Positions 1-10,472 of a stretch of DNA of 64,000 nucleotides are shown here, one piece after another. The notes below the pieces were generated by a model that was given only the letters and a program-made list of their open reading frames with translations, was not told the origin of the DNA and made no database searches. The stretch lies in IMG/VR virus record IMGVR_UViG_3300050821_003860, positions 4,023 to 68,022 of that record; one strand, written 5' to 3'. This DNA comes from a virus. The position numbers and the translations under genes were made by a program. Numbering within the stretch: position 1 is the stretch's first letter; every line of letters starts with the position of its first letter.

Positions 1-1
1 C

Positions 2-706
2 ATCCTTGGCCGTAGACCCTCTGCGGGCTTCCGCTCCGTGTGGCCGACGTGGGTATTCGAGAAAGCCCTGACGACGTTCCAGCATTCCCCCGCCTCAGCC
101 TTCCTCCAGATTGGCTTCGACGTGGGCGAGATGGGCGACGACCCCTCTGCGTTCTGCGTCCGGCATGGGGGAAACATCATCCACCTGGAGGAGTTCCACG
201 GCCCGAAGGATTTCTCTGCCGGGAAGAAGGCCGCTGGCCGGGCGCGAGACTTGGCTTTCCACTGCGCCACGGGACTCGGCAAGGATCCCAAGCGCGTGCC
301 GATCGTGGTGGACTGCGGGGGCGGATACGGAAATGAGCCCGTGAACCATCTCCGGGCCGAGGGGTACATGGCGATACCCATTATGGGCAGCTGGACGCCG
401 GGGGACGAGGAGCAGTTCCCGAACCTGCGCTCAGAAATGTGGGTACTCTCTTCCCGCGCCGCTGCGGACGGGCAATTGAGTTTCGCCCAGCTACCCATCC
501 GAGAGCAGGAGATGCTCCGGGTGGAGTTGACCGCGACCGAGTACGACATCAACCTCAAGGGGCAGATGCAAGTAGAACGGAAGGCCGAGACGAAGAAGCG
601 CATCGGGCGGTCGACGGACTGCGCGGATAGCCTGCTTTACTCGCTGGTCAATGTGGGCATGATCGAGGAGAAGGTGGCCGGGAGGCTGGAGACGCCGGGC
701 GGCTAG
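2..706 (+). CDS. terL: Terminase large subunit, C-terminal nuclease domain (5' truncated by window)
   Basis: Frame open from window start. RNase H-like motifs GFDVGEMGDDPSAF, VVDCGGGYG, FPNLRSEMW and KKRIGRSTDCADSL; portal and head genes lie downstream. Confidence 0.9.
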   Translation: MLGRRPSAGFRSVWPTWVFEKALTTFQHSPASAFLQIGFDVGEMGDDPSAFCVRHGGNIIHLEEFHGPKDFSAGKKAAGRARDLAFHCATGLGKDPKRVPIVVDCGGGYGNEPVNHLRAEGYMAIPIMGSWTPGDEEQFPNLRSEMWVLSSRAAADGQLSFAQLPIREQEMLRVELTATEYDINLKGQMQVERKAETKKRIGRSTDCADSLLYSLVNVGMIEEKVAGRLETPGG

Positions 707-794
707 GTGTGACCCCGGTTCACACCCGAGTGCAAAATTGCACTCCTGTCTACCTAGCGGGTAGACTATTAGCAGGTGTATTGGGCAGTACACC
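706..794 (+). promoter_or_regulatory. Composite element: GGTGT-N11-ACACC (706-726), GTGCAAAATTGCAC (730-743), putative -10 TAGACT (762-767), GGTGT-N10-ACACC (775-794)
   Basis: Read directly from the sequence; similar arrangement recurs at 22.7 and 39.0 kb. Confidence 0.7.
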
Positions 795-1298
795 GGGATT
801 CCGGGAGAGGAGGCGAAGAAACGATACTTCCTCTACTGCCAGACGTGCGATAAGTTCAGTCTGGTCAAAGCGTTCTCGAATCGGTGGAACCCCGCGAAGA
901 TTCCGAAGTGCGAGTGCGGCAGTACACGGCGAGAGTGCAACTGGAAAGAGGCTGAGAAAGCCCGGCTGCTGTTCCCTTGGAAGCCAAAGAAGGGTCGGCT
1001 CGACTGGTACGGCAAGTACCTGGCCGGTCCCCTTTGGAGGGTGATTCGGGAGCGAGTGCTTGTTAGGGATAACCATGAGTGCCAAGCTTGCCATCGCCTC
1101 GCTACCGAAGTTCACCACAAGTCCTACGACGAGGAAGTCATGGCGGGCCAGCGGGATGACTTGCTGGTGTCGATTTGCCACGACTGCCATCGGTTTATCG
1201 AGTTCAATGAGACAGGCCAGAAACGGGGATTGCGGAAGGCGAACGCTGCTTTGCGGCGGCTGATCGAAGGCCAACCCCCGGTGTCTAGACACGGGTAG
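780..1298 (+). CDS. HNH endonuclease with N-terminal Cys-rich extension; start uncertain
   Basis: RDNHECQAC...EVHHKSY...LVSICHDCH. Frame is open back to 765 (CQTC, CECG, YGKYLAGPLW) with no ATG/GTG/TTG before 1041. Confidence 0.75.
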   Translation: MGQYTGIPGEEAKKRYFLYCQTCDKFSLVKAFSNRWNPAKIPKCECGSTRRECNWKEAEKARLLFPWKPKKGRLDWYGKYLAGPLWRVIRERVLVRDNHECQACHRLATEVHHKSYDEEVMAGQRDDLLVSICHDCHRFIEFNETGQKRGLRKANAALRRLIEGQPPVSRHG

Positions 1299-1768
1299 AA
1301 TTCCATCATGCGGGCGAGTTGCTGTGCCCGGAAAGACTCCTCTAAGGAGAGTGTGAGGTATGAGCGAGCGGGTAGAAATCCTGATCGACGACAAGTGGTG
1401 GCCTGCTATCTCCGGTCAGCTTGTGGCCGAGAAATACGAGTGGGAAGTGGAACTTATGGCCGGTCGGAATTGGGTTAACGGGCGGCCCACCGAAGGGAAT
1501 GCCTACGTTCGCGGTCGCGGGGCGTGTCTGTGGCGATTGGTAGCGTGAACTTCCACAACTCTCCAATCCGTCCACCGTCCATCCTCTGCATAGAGGCGCA
1601 CCGACCGGCCCGGCTTGGCCTCGGGAGAGGGTAGCCAGACCTGCCGGCGATCGGCGTGGCGTTCCAGGGTTACAGAGCGGTAGTCCATGCGAGACGGACG
1701 CAGGAGAGCGGGCGACGGTTCACTTCTATTCTAGGCGGGGCGGACGTGGGCTATCAGGGAGGAGAGGG

Positions 1769-2023
1769 TCATGGCATTTTCTCCACGAAGCGGCCCCCAT
1801 CCTCTCGGTAGAGTTTGAGAATCATTTCCATCATCCCGGCAGCTGCATCCATGTCCCGAACGGCGGCACTTTTGCCAAACCAGAATTCGGCTTGCTTATT
1901 CGGATTGTTGATGCGCCATTCAGCAGCCCATCCGATGACGACTCCTAGGAAGGTGGTTCTGGACAGCAGTTCAACGATTAGAGTTTTCGTGGGCACGAAT
2001 GATAGATCAGGCTGTTCTGTCAC
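1769..2023 (-). CDS. Hypothetical protein
   Basis: GTG start after GGAGG; ORF track. Confidence 0.45.
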   Translation of the reverse strand: MTEQPDLSFVPTKTLIVELLSRTTFLGVVIGWAAEWRINNPNKQAEFWFGKSAAVRDMDAAAGMMEMILKLYREDGGRFVEKMP

Positions 2024-2189
2024 GGCTTCGCCTCCATAGTGGGTAGGGAACGCTCGATCTTTTCCAGACGCTCCTGTATTTTGTGCGACACTGCGACGAA
2101 TATGAACCATCCCGCCATGACGAACAGGGCCAAGCAACCGACCTCGCTCCGCGCCTCGTCTTTGGCAACCCTGCGGATTTCATCGTCGG

Positions 2190-2387
2190 TCACTTGCTGT
2201 TCCCTCCCCTAGTCCGTCCGCGTTTGTCCTGAGCCAGGGTGAGCAAGCTTTCCTGCCAAGCGTCGTTGACAAGTTTGCGGAGAGCAGCGGGCGGATGCAG
2301 ACAGACCGTTTCGAGGAATTCCAGCTGAGCAGCCGATAGGTAGATCGTGACGGCCTTGCCTCTTTTCTCCGCTCGCGGTCTTCCCAT
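2190..2387 (-). CDS. Small DNA-binding protein, ribbon-helix-helix-like
   Basis: MGRPR...KAVTIYLSAAQLEFLE: beta-strand then helix pattern, 65 aa. Confidence 0.5.
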   Translation of the reverse strand: MGRPRAEKRGKAVTIYLSAAQLEFLETVCLHPPAALRKLVNDAWQESLLTLAQDKRGRTRGGNSK

Positions 2388-2700
2388 CGGATACCCCCTT
2401 GAATGTCGGACACGCTATGTTATACTAAAACACGAAAGGTATCAACTGTCTTTTAGGAGTATGATAATGCGAAAACGTGGCTTCGTTGTGCAATACCTCA
2501 AAGACGGAGTGCCATATATTCTTGGCCCCGTCGTATTCGCTGACGATTACAATGCGGAGCAAGCGGCCAAGGAAAGGTTCGGCGACAATGTCCCAGGAAA
2601 GCAAACTTGGTGGACTACCGGAGTTGCTCTGGATTTTTCAGACGTTAAGTTGATCCATCCCGATTATGTTTCCTAGCGGAGTCCTGTTTAGGAGTCAGCG

Positions 2701-3039
2701 ATGTCCGCCTCCGACCATGACGCAGCCGTGGCGTACCTGAAGGTTGCCAGCCCCGTCCCGCACGACTCAAGAGGCTATGTTTGCGACGCATTCCTAGCCG
2801 GGTGTAAGCACGGGAGGAGTGCAGGTGTGTCGGACGGCGCAGTGGAATCGCCAGAGTTACCGGAGGTCTACTTCCCTGTCTTCCACGACACGAAGGGGTG
2901 GGGAGTGTGGGAGGGAAACCAGAGGCTGAAGGGCGGACTGACGGAAGCCGCTGCGTATGACCTCGCTCACGCCCTGAACACAGCCCGCCGGGACCGGCAA
3001 AAGCTGTCCAAGCGCGACGTGATGGAGGCCAAGACATGA
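2701..3039 (+). CDS. Hypothetical protein
   Basis: AGGAG RBS; ATGA overlap with next gene. Confidence 0.55.
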   Translation: MSASDHDAAVAYLKVASPVPHDSRGYVCDAFLAGCKHGRSAGVSDGAVESPELPEVYFPVFHDTKGWGVWEGNQRLKGGLTEAAAYDLAHALNTARRDRQKLSKRDVMEAKT

Positions 3040-3431
3040 ACGAGCGATGCGAGACGTGCAAGTTCTTTCGTCGCCATCAGAATGGGAGAGACCACTACGC
3101 ATGGGGTAGCTGCCATCGTTATCCACCCGTTCTTGTGGGAGAACCAATGGGTGGCGTTCGCATCGAATTCCCGCAAATTAGCGATCAAGAGTGGTGCGGG
3201 GAGTATAAGTCAAGTAGCGAACCGAGCATACCCCTGAATGGTCGGGAGCGAAACCCGCTCTCTGCTTGGAAGCTTCGCATCGTCACATTCTTGAAGGAAA
3301 AGCAACTGGCAACGAGGCAGCAGATTGTAGCAGGAACCGGTGTACCCGTTGGCTCTCTTTCGTCACTATTACGAGACAAGACTTTCAAGAGCATATCGCA
3401 CGGAATGTGGGGATTGAGGGCTGATCTATGA
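3036..3431 (+). CDS. Cys-rich phage protein with C-terminal winged-HTH-like segment
   Basis: CETCKFF...GSCHRYPP...FPQISDQEWCGEY; ATRQQIVAGTGVPVGSLSSLL. Confidence 0.6.
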   Translation: MNERCETCKFFRRHQNGRDHYAWGSCHRYPPVLVGEPMGGVRIEFPQISDQEWCGEYKSSSEPSIPLNGRERNPLSAWKLRIVTFLKEKQLATRQQIVAGTGVPVGSLSSLLRDKTFKSISHGMWGLRADL

Positions 3432-3445
3432 GGGGGAACGCTTCC

Positions 3446-3537
3446 GGTGTACCGGGGGTGTACACCTACGGACAATCAGGGATAGTGTAAGTCGCCTGAA
3501 GTGCAAAATTGCACTCGTCTCGGGCCCGTGGTACGAT
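3446..3537 (+). promoter_or_regulatory. GGTGT-N11-ACACC (3446-3466) and GTGCAAAATTGCAC (3501-3514) overlapping a sigma70-like promoter TTGCAC-N17-TACGAT
   Basis: -35 at 3509-3514, 17-bp spacer, TGn extended -10 at 3532-3537, upstream of a run of small + ORFs. Confidence 0.7.
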
Positions 3538-3941
3538 TCTCCGCAAGAGGGACACCCATGCCAATCGACCTAGCCGAACGGGAAGCTTACCGGCGCCGCA
3601 TGCTCCGGCAGTTGTGGGAGCACGAGCTACACCATAAGAATGACCCTCCCGACGAGCCGGACCCGAAGCACTGGCGGAATGTGGGGAAGATCGAGATTGC
3701 TCCAGCGAAGGGGAAGTGAGTGCTGCGGCGACTTCTTACCATCCTGTTCGCTTGCCACCATTTCGAACGGCGCGGATGGTTCCGCGTGCTCGGCTTCGGC
3801 CTGCACTGGAAGGACGTTCGGAGGCACGCCCCGCTGTTCAGTGAACGCAACGGGCTGACATGGCATCTGAGGATTGGCTGGCTCAGTCTCGGGCTGCTGT
3901 GGCCCGATGGGACGTGGCGATACTTTACCCTGAGGCGACCA

Positions 3942-4330
3942 TGATCCGACGCAACTTCATCACCGGCTCTCTAGCGAGCCTCGCGGCGTTCTTCGGGCTG
4001 GGTAAGGCGGTAACGGCCGAGTCCGGAATCAGTAGCAATGTGCGGGAGTGGAAGCGGTACACGCCGGGCAGTGTTGCCGACTTTCAGGACTGGCCGAAAC
4101 TGGGGACCGTCATCGACGTTCCGCTCGGCGTGACCTACGAACCGCCGCCGTGGGGCGACTTCAAGTATTTCTGCGACCTGTCGTACAAGGTCGATGGCGA
4201 GGAGGTCAAGAAAGTCGGCGGGTTCCAAACGCTGGAAGAGATGATCGCGTTTATGAAGGCGACGGGACCGACAGGCGATCGTTTCGTGGAATCCATGCTC
4301 AAAGGTCAGGAGAAGCTACATGGCCAGTGA
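3942..4330 (+). CDS. Hypothetical protein with twin-arginine-like N-terminus
   Basis: MIRRNFITGSLASLAAFFGLGKAVTA. Confidence 0.5.
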
Positions 4331-4529
4331 AGGCGAGACGGTCAAGATCGAGGGTGCCGGCAGCTACATCGTCGCGGTGAAGAACTGCGCCCGCTGTCAC
4401 CAGGACCACGACGCGGTACAATTCCTGCGCCTCCGTCATCCATTAGAGGTATCCGGCATGACGCATTGGGCAAAGTGCCCGGTGACAGGCGAGCCGATCA
4501 TGGGTAAGCAAATAGACCCGGAGGTATGA
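4320..4529 (+). CDS. Small Cys/His zinc-binding protein
   Basis: CARCHQDH...THWAKCPVTGEP. Confidence 0.55.
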   Translation: MASEGETVKIEGAGSYIVAVKNCARCHQDHDAVQFLRLRHPLEVSGMTHWAKCPVTGEPIMGKQIDPEV

Positions 4530-4530
4530 C

Positions 4531-5556
4531 ATGGCCGCTCCTGTTCTCGGTCTGGACCAGTTCGGCGTGAATCTCTGCAAGGCCCTCGGGTTGAATCCGG
4601 ACGTGACGCGCCACATTTGCATGGACTGTCCGTGCGATGGGATAGTCACTGTTTACGTGGAGCAACACATCACGGAGGAAATGAGCCAGGAGGTCGTAGC
4701 CGCTGTCAAGGCAGCGAATCAAGAGAACTGGCGGAAGTACCTGCCGAAAGAAGGGCCTGACTCGGCAGCCAAGCTAACCCGCATCCTGGATGGCCGGATC
4801 GCCGAATTCTCCGACCACACCTACGCGGACATCCCGGCCGGCTTCGTGGCACAGCGGCGGGTGGGCGTGCTTTCCGAGTATCATCCTCCCCGGTGGCGTA
4901 TCTGTCGAGAGGAGCACGTCTATAAGGAAGGGTACGGAATTCTGATCCCGCAAGGAACCTGTCGAGATTACTTCGACATCGCCATGCGGTACATCACGCT
5001 AGCGAAGGACCTGCCGGAAGAGAAGATGGTGCAGGTCGGCGAGCGATTGTACTCGAAAAGGGTACTAGCTGAAGCTGCCGGACTGCCACCGGTTGAGATT
5101 GAACACCCTCGTTGGTGTGAGGACATCGAAGAGTGGACGCTCACTCCGGACAAATGGCTGAAGGGCGAGTTGCATTTCGAGGAGAAACCACCTCTCGGTG
5201 CCTTGTTGGGCATTAAATCGGTGGGAGCGATGTTATCGCCGGACGTAGTGACGGCCACGATAAAGGAAGCTGATGGTCGGGCTATCTGTTGGGCGAGTGG
5301 CACTCTCGCAATGCCGGGTGGGTGTTACCCGATTGCCGAACCGATTGAGTTGACCAATCCCCCGCAGAGAGTTTCTCTCAAAGGCCGTGCCGGCAGGGTG
5401 ATTGTTCTAGCCAAGCACGAAGGCCAGTGGTGGACTGCTTATCTGGAGAAGAGGGCACTAGAAGAGGCGGAAGCGACCTTGGGTGTACCGCCCGAAACAC
5501 CTGCGCCAAGCGAGGGCGACGCGGCAATGGAGTTCTTCCGGAAGACGAACCACTGA
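4531..5556 (+). CDS. Hypothetical protein (341 aa)
   Basis: GGAGG RBS, long ORF coupled to neighbours. Confidence 0.65.
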   Translation: MAAPVLGLDQFGVNLCKALGLNPDVTRHICMDCPCDGIVTVYVEQHITEEMSQEVVAAVKAANQENWRKYLPKEGPDSAAKLTRILDGRIAEFSDHTYADIPAGFVAQRRVGVLSEYHPPRWRICREEHVYKEGYGILIPQGTCRDYFDIAMRYITLAKDLPEEKMVQVGERLYSKRVLAEAAGLPPVEIEHPRWCEDIEEWTLTPDKWLKGELHFEEKPPLGALLGIKSVGAMLSPDVVTATIKEADGRAICWASGTLAMPGGCYPIAEPIELTNPPQRVSLKGRAGRVIVLAKHEGQWWTAYLEKRALEEAEATLGVPPETPAPSEGDAAMEFFRKTNH

Positions 5557-5779
5557 TGCCCGACTACGACGAAAAGGCCGTGATTGCCACCAGTCAGTTC
5601 GTCACGCCGGCCGATCACGCCCAGCGGGTGATAGACTACTATCTAGCCGAGCGTCCCTGCCATGCGATGCACCCTCACCTGGCGGTGAGCAAGGCGACAA
5701 TCGTGGGCGCGGCACCGGTCGACAACTACGGGCCGGGCTTCGTGCGGATCGAACTGACCTACGAACCGAAGGAGAAGTG

Positions 5780-6109
5780 ATGGCAGCGAGAGACGTGGCA
5801 CCGATCGGCGTACAGGGCAACGCTTGGCCCGGCGGCAACGCGATTACAGGCGGGGTTGTTTCGGCGATTGTGGACACCTTTAGCTGCCCCTTCGTGACCG
5901 GCTTCGGTCATGCGGACGGGGCCACGACGATTACCCTGCTGGGAAGCATGGACGGGGTCAACTTCTACGCCGTCGCTACGCAGGTCTTGGCGGGAGCGGC
6001 GGACTTCGCAATCAATGTAACGTGTGCGGCACGGTATTTTGTCCTGAAGTCTTCGGCGAGCCTGACGGGCGGGACAATTGGAACTATCGCGGCATGCGGG
6101 AGCGGGTGA
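5780..6109 (+). CDS. Small beta-rich protein, possibly virion-associated
   Basis: AAGGAG RBS; MAARDVAPIG...SMDGVNFY...ARYFVLK. Confidence 0.55.
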   Translation: MAARDVAPIGVQGNAWPGGNAITGGVVSAIVDTFSCPFVTGFGHADGATTITLLGSMDGVNFYAVATQVLAGAADFAINVTCAARYFVLKSSASLTGGTIGTIAACGSG

Positions 6110-6437
6110 GATGCGGACCGAGTACCGATTGCCGATGGAGGATATCGTCATAGGTCCGGATGGGCTGCCCGGCGGCGAATTCGGGCCGCGCTCTTCGGTG
6201 ACGCATCCAGGTGTTGTGTGTTCCCATTTGACGGAGTGCAGGCACGCTGCTTTTATGCGAGAGGTTTGCAAGGGCAACGAAAAAGAATTTCTTCACAGCG
6301 AGGCTATTCGCTGGCAAGTCCACATCCGGGCTATTGTCAGATTGTACCCTCATCCGGCCGAGTTGATAGCCAAGGGTGTAGGCTAGCGTAAAGCTTAATC
6401 ACTTCCCCCTCTGTTCATCGTCGGTTATTCTGCCGAC

Positions 6438-9275
6438 ATGGACACCAACGGTCACAGCATACCAATTGCCCATCCCGTCTCCGATACCCTGCGCGACCTA
6501 CAGGAGCAGGTGGACCGGGAACGCCTGAACGCCGAACTCGCCTCGATCAAGCAAACCCGTCAAGTGATGGAGCAGGCGGGCGGGGAATTCGGCAACTGGA
6601 TCAACCCGGCCACGCCGTTTTTTGACTCCCCCGATTTCTTCTTCCCCTACGTCGGCGAGAACCTCCCGTTCAATATGGACAACCGCCTCAAGGGCGAGTT
6701 GCTCCCTGTCTACATCACGGAATATGGTCTGAAACTGCTGCGGGACTACTCCCGGTGGCTCGCGGCGTTCAACCCCTACGCAATCTCGGCGCTCGAGAAT
6801 CGGGTGTCCTACGTCATCGGCAAGGGGTTTGGTTACACGGCCGTTCCTTCCTCGCGGAAGCCCGTCTTCACGAGCGGAGACCGGGAACTCTGTCGCATGG
6901 CTCAGGCGGTGTGGGATGAGTTCACGGATCGTGTGGACTGGGGCCAGTGGGAGCAGCTCATCGCGCACAAGGTCGACGTCGATGGGGAGGCGTTTATCCG
7001 GTTCTTTCACACCGGGGGAGGGCGGGTGACGATTCGCCCCGTCGAGCCGGAGCACGTCCGCTCACCGGGGGACCAATCGGCGCACCTGAGTTACGGGATC
7101 GAGACGCCCGAATACGACATCATGGACGTCATGGCCTACTGGGTGATCTTGAACCCGGCCCTGTCGGTGTCCCCAACGCGGATCCCGGCAGAAGAGATGA
7201 TGCACTTCAAGCAGGATGTCGGGCCGTCTGCTAAGCGAGGTTATCCGCTGCTCATTCCGATCCGGCAGAACCTCGCAAGAGCGGTATCCCTGCTCCAGTA
7301 CATGACCGCCCTCGCGCGGGCGCAGTCCTCGATCGCCATGACGCGGAAATGGAAGCAGTACAGCGCTCAGTCAATCAACGCCTGGCAGCAGAACAACGCG
7401 GACGTGCAGAGCGCAAACTGGTTTTCCGGACAACAAAGGTACGGCAAGCAGTACCTTCCGGGGACGGTGCTAGACATCCCGGAGAACGTGGAGTACGAGT
7501 TCCCCGCCACGAAGATCGGCGCGGCCGCACTGACGGAGGTATTGCAGGCGGAACTACGCGCGATCGGCGCTCGGTTGGTGATGCCGGAATACATGATTTC
7601 GGGGGACGCGAGCAACAATAACTACGCGAGTTCGCTTGTGTCCGAAGCCCCCTCGGTGAAGAATTTCGAGCGCATCCAGTCCACCTACTCCCGTTGGTTC
7701 GGAGACGGGCGGAAAGGCTCACCCCGTCATTGCGGGGTCTGGTGGCGCGTCATGCGTGCTGCCGTGGAATGGGGACTCCTACCGCGAGAGGTTCTCTCCC
7801 GAGTCAAGGCACACGTCGAGCCGCCGATGGTAGCAGCTCGTGACCAACAGAAGGATACGGAACGCTTCAAGTCCCTGAACGAATCAGGAGTCATGTCCAA
7901 GGAGACGTGGAGCAAGAAAGAGGGCCTTGAGCGCGACCGGGAAAAGACACAGATTGAGAAGGAACAGGCCGAGCAACCGCAGGGTGTACCGGGTCAGCCG
8001 GGCCAAGTACCCGGACAAGTGCCAGGGCAGCCCTCTCAACCACCGAAGCCCGGGGAGCAGCCTCCCGAGCAGTCTGAGGGTAGCCCCGAACGTCCGGATG
8101 GTGGCAACAGCGGGAGTGGCGGGATCGACGAAAAGCACCTGCCCGCGATGGCTAAAGACGCGCAAGAGTGGATCGAGGAAGTATTCCGTCTCACCGGGAA
8201 AAAAGCACGTTTGGACCCTCAGCAGGTGATGGATGCCTTGCGAGGGCAGATGCCGGGTGAGCAACGTGGGATGGTGGAAGCTACGGACTCGACAGGACAC
8301 GAGCACGACGATGCGGGGTTATTCACTGGCCCTGGACAACCAAGCAAGGCCGACAAGGTTTATGCACACACACAACGACAGAAAATTTACAAGCAGTATG
8401 GGCATGTCGGTTATCAGGAGATTTCGTTAAGCGAACTAGCCGACGATGATTTGCCGGATGCAAAGGCGGCAGAAACTGCCGTGAAAATAGCACGACAAAA
8501 CGAATCTGCCAATCAAGACGTTGCCGTTACCACAAATAAACACGGCACGTTTACGGTTTGGGTTGGTACAGAGAGTCCGACGCATGCCCTGGACATCACC
8601 TACAAAGATGGCGATGTAATTTTTGAATCTTCGGATGGTAGGAAGCGAATTCAGGCCGAAGATGTAGCCGAGCAAAAACGGTGGATAACCCGCATGCTCG
8701 GGTATCGCAAGCGGAAAGAAGAAGCCTGCGAGCCCAACAAGATCGGCCACGGCTACCACGATTCCGAGTCCGGCTTTCCCTGTTCTCCTAACGGTAAATC
8801 GACAGGTCAGCGCCAGAACGGCGCAGGTGTGACCCCCCCTCACACCCAAGGTAATAAATCACCCGAGTTGTCCTCTATCGCACAGAAAACGGCTAAAATC
8901 CTGAGCCATGCGAAGGGAGCAGTAAAGCGTCAGGCGATCCGGATGGTGGGCAAGGCGCGGGCTTTCGCGGAGAAGAAGTTTGCGGCCCTGGAGGCGAAGT
9001 ACGGCCGGGCCGGGGCAATCGCGGTAATGTCGGCGGTGATCGCCATGACGCCGGTCCCGGTGCCGGGGAGCAGTCTGGCGCCGATACTGTTGGCAGAGGG
9101 GGTGCGGTATGTCGCTCAGAAGATGGCGGGGCCACAAGTAGCGATGGAATCCGTCTCCCATCCCCGCCGCTGCGCCCTCTGCGGCGGTCCAGCAATCCCA
9201 ATGGCAGCCGGCGGCTATCGGTGTGGGAATCCCCCGTGTGAGTGGGTGACATGCACGACAACAGCTACCTCTTGA
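6438..9275 (+). CDS. Portal protein (lambda-type) with ~430-aa C-terminal extension
   Basis: VDGEAFIRF, KRGYPLL and SGDASNNNYASS motifs; lies between terminase and protease; PGQ-repeat linker after about aa 515. Confidence 0.88.
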   Translation: MDTNGHSIPIAHPVSDTLRDLQEQVDRERLNAELASIKQTRQVMEQAGGEFGNWINPATPFFDSPDFFFPYVGENLPFNMDNRLKGELLPVYITEYGLKLLRDYSRWLAAFNPYAISALENRVSYVIGKGFGYTAVPSSRKPVFTSGDRELCRMAQAVWDEFTDRVDWGQWEQLIAHKVDVDGEAFIRFFHTGGGRVTIRPVEPEHVRSPGDQSAHLSYGIETPEYDIMDVMAYWVILNPALSVSPTRIPAEEMMHFKQDVGPSAKRGYPLLIPIRQNLARAVSLLQYMTALARAQSSIAMTRKWKQYSAQSINAWQQNNADVQSANWFSGQQRYGKQYLPGTVLDIPENVEYEFPATKIGAAALTEVLQAELRAIGARLVMPEYMISGDASNNNYASSLVSEAPSVKNFERIQSTYSRWFGDGRKGSPRHCGVWWRVMRAAVEWGLLPREVLSRVKAHVEPPMVAARDQQKDTERFKSLNESGVMSKETWSKKEGLERDREKTQIEKEQAEQPQGVPGQPGQVPGQVPGQPSQPPKPGEQPPEQSEGSPERPDGGNSGSGGIDEKHLPAMAKDAQEWIEEVFRLTGKKARLDPQQVMDALRGQMPGEQRGMVEATDSTGHEHDDAGLFTGPGQPSKADKVYAHTQRQKIYKQYGHVGYQEISLSELADDDLPDAKAAETAVKIARQNESANQDVAVTTNKHGTFTVWVGTESPTHALDITYKDGDVIFESSDGRKRIQAEDVAEQKRWITRMLGYRKRKEEACEPNKIGHGYHDSESGFPCSPNGKSTGQRQNGAGVTPPHTQGNKSPELSSIAQKTAKILSHAKGAVKRQAIRMVGKARAFAEKKFAALEAKYGRAGAIAVMSAVIAMTPVPVPGSSLAPILLAEGVRYVAQKMAGPQVAMESVSHPRRCALCGGPAIPMAAGGYRCGNPPCEWVTCTTTATS

Positions 9276-9748
9276 TGACCGAACTCCGCACCGTCATCCC
9301 GCCCGGCTCCCGCGTAGCCGATTGGGGCGCCAAGGACGCCTTCGGCGATGGCGTGGTCTACCGTCGCCTGTTCGCGGACTGCGTTTATCAGGGAGTGGAT
9401 ATCGAGCCGGGTCCGAACGTGGATATCGTGGTTCCGGCAGACGGTCCGTCATCCATCCCGGCCGAGTCCTTCGACGCGGTGATCAGCGGGCAGTGTCTAG
9501 AGCACGCGGAACGGCCGTGGCTCGTGGTGAAGGAGATGGCTCGCGTCCTGAAGCCGGGCGGGGTATGTATCCTCATCGCGCCGTGGCAGTGGTGTATCCA
9601 CCGCTTCCCGGTCGACTGCTGGCGTATCTTGCCGGACGGTATGCGGATCTTGTGTCAGGACGCCGGGCTGACGGTTGAGAAGTGCGACGTATCGGAGAAT
9701 GATTGCTATGCCGTGGCGCGGAAGCCTACATCTTCAGCAGCCTCTTGA
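9251..9748 (+). CDS. Class I SAM-dependent methyltransferase
   Basis: VADWGA, GVDIEPGPNVD, FDAVISGQCLEH, EMARVLKPGG, HRFPVDCWR. Confidence 0.9.
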   Translation: MHDNSYLLMTELRTVIPPGSRVADWGAKDAFGDGVVYRRLFADCVYQGVDIEPGPNVDIVVPADGPSSIPAESFDAVISGQCLEHAERPWLVVKEMARVLKPGGVCILIAPWQWCIHRFPVDCWRILPDGMRILCQDAGLTVEKCDVSENDCYAVARKPTSSAAS

Positions 9749-10199
9749 GCGAATCGGCTGCGTCCATCAGTGCCGTGAACACTTTGGGGTCTCCACCCCG
9801 ATCGGGGTGATTCTCAAACGCCACTTGCCGCGCCCATGAACGAACGATGGAAGCGTAGTCGACGGCCGGAGGAGATGGGGGAACTTGACGGGGTGGCTCT
9901 TTCGTGGCCGTGTGCGTGCTAAAACCGTTGCCGAAGAGGTTGGCAAAGACTGTGGGGTCTATATAGTCCCAACCGACTTCATTCACTTTCGCATAGTTCC
10001 ACTGCCGGGCCTTGGACTGTTCTCTACGCCTCTCCTCTTCCGCCTTGCGGATGGTATCGCCGCTGACGACATCCAGGATCATCTGCCGTTCTTTGCCAGT
10101 GAAACGAAACCAGTCCGGGCCGCCGACGAGTTGTCGGAGGTACTGTGGCGGAACTCCCTTGATATCTTCCCCTTCGTGGGGACCAAATGGCATCTTCAT
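9726..10199 (-). CDS. J-domain-like (DnaJ) protein with N-terminal MPFG motif
   Basis: MPFGPHEG...VPPQYL; C-terminal HPDRGGD. Confidence 0.75.
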   Translation of the reverse strand: MKMPFGPHEGEDIKGVPPQYLRQLVGGPDWFRFTGKERQMILDVVSGDTIRKAEEERRREQSKARQWNYAKVNEVGWDYIDPTVFANLFGNGFSTHTATKEPPRQVPPSPPAVDYASIVRSWARQVAFENHPDRGGDPKVFTALMDAADSLKRLLKM

Positions 10200-10209
10200 G
10201 GGTTGCTCC

Positions 10210-10416
10210 TCAGACAAACTCCTGCACGGACACATTGAGCGCCTTCGCCAGCGATACCGCACTCCTCCACGTTGGGGCATGTAGGCCCCTCTCCAGTCCC
10301 CGCAAACCAGAGCTATTCAGATTGGCCCGCTTGGCGAGCGCGTAAGTGGAGAGTCCGGACTTCTTCTTCAGACGGCGAAGGCTGGCGGAAAAGCGGGTGA
10401 CAACAGAGTCCGGCAT
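10210..10416 (-). CDS. XRE-family HTH regulator
   Basis: LRRLKKKSGLSTYALAKRANLNSSGLRGLERGLHAPTW...LAKALNV. Confidence 0.88.
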   Translation of the reverse strand: MPDSVVTRFSASLRRLKKKSGLSTYALAKRANLNSSGLRGLERGLHAPTWRSAVSLAKALNVSVQEFV

Positions 10417-10472
10417 TACTCAACCCTTTGGGATAGCACTTATCCGCCCGAGTGCAAAATTGCACTTCAACC

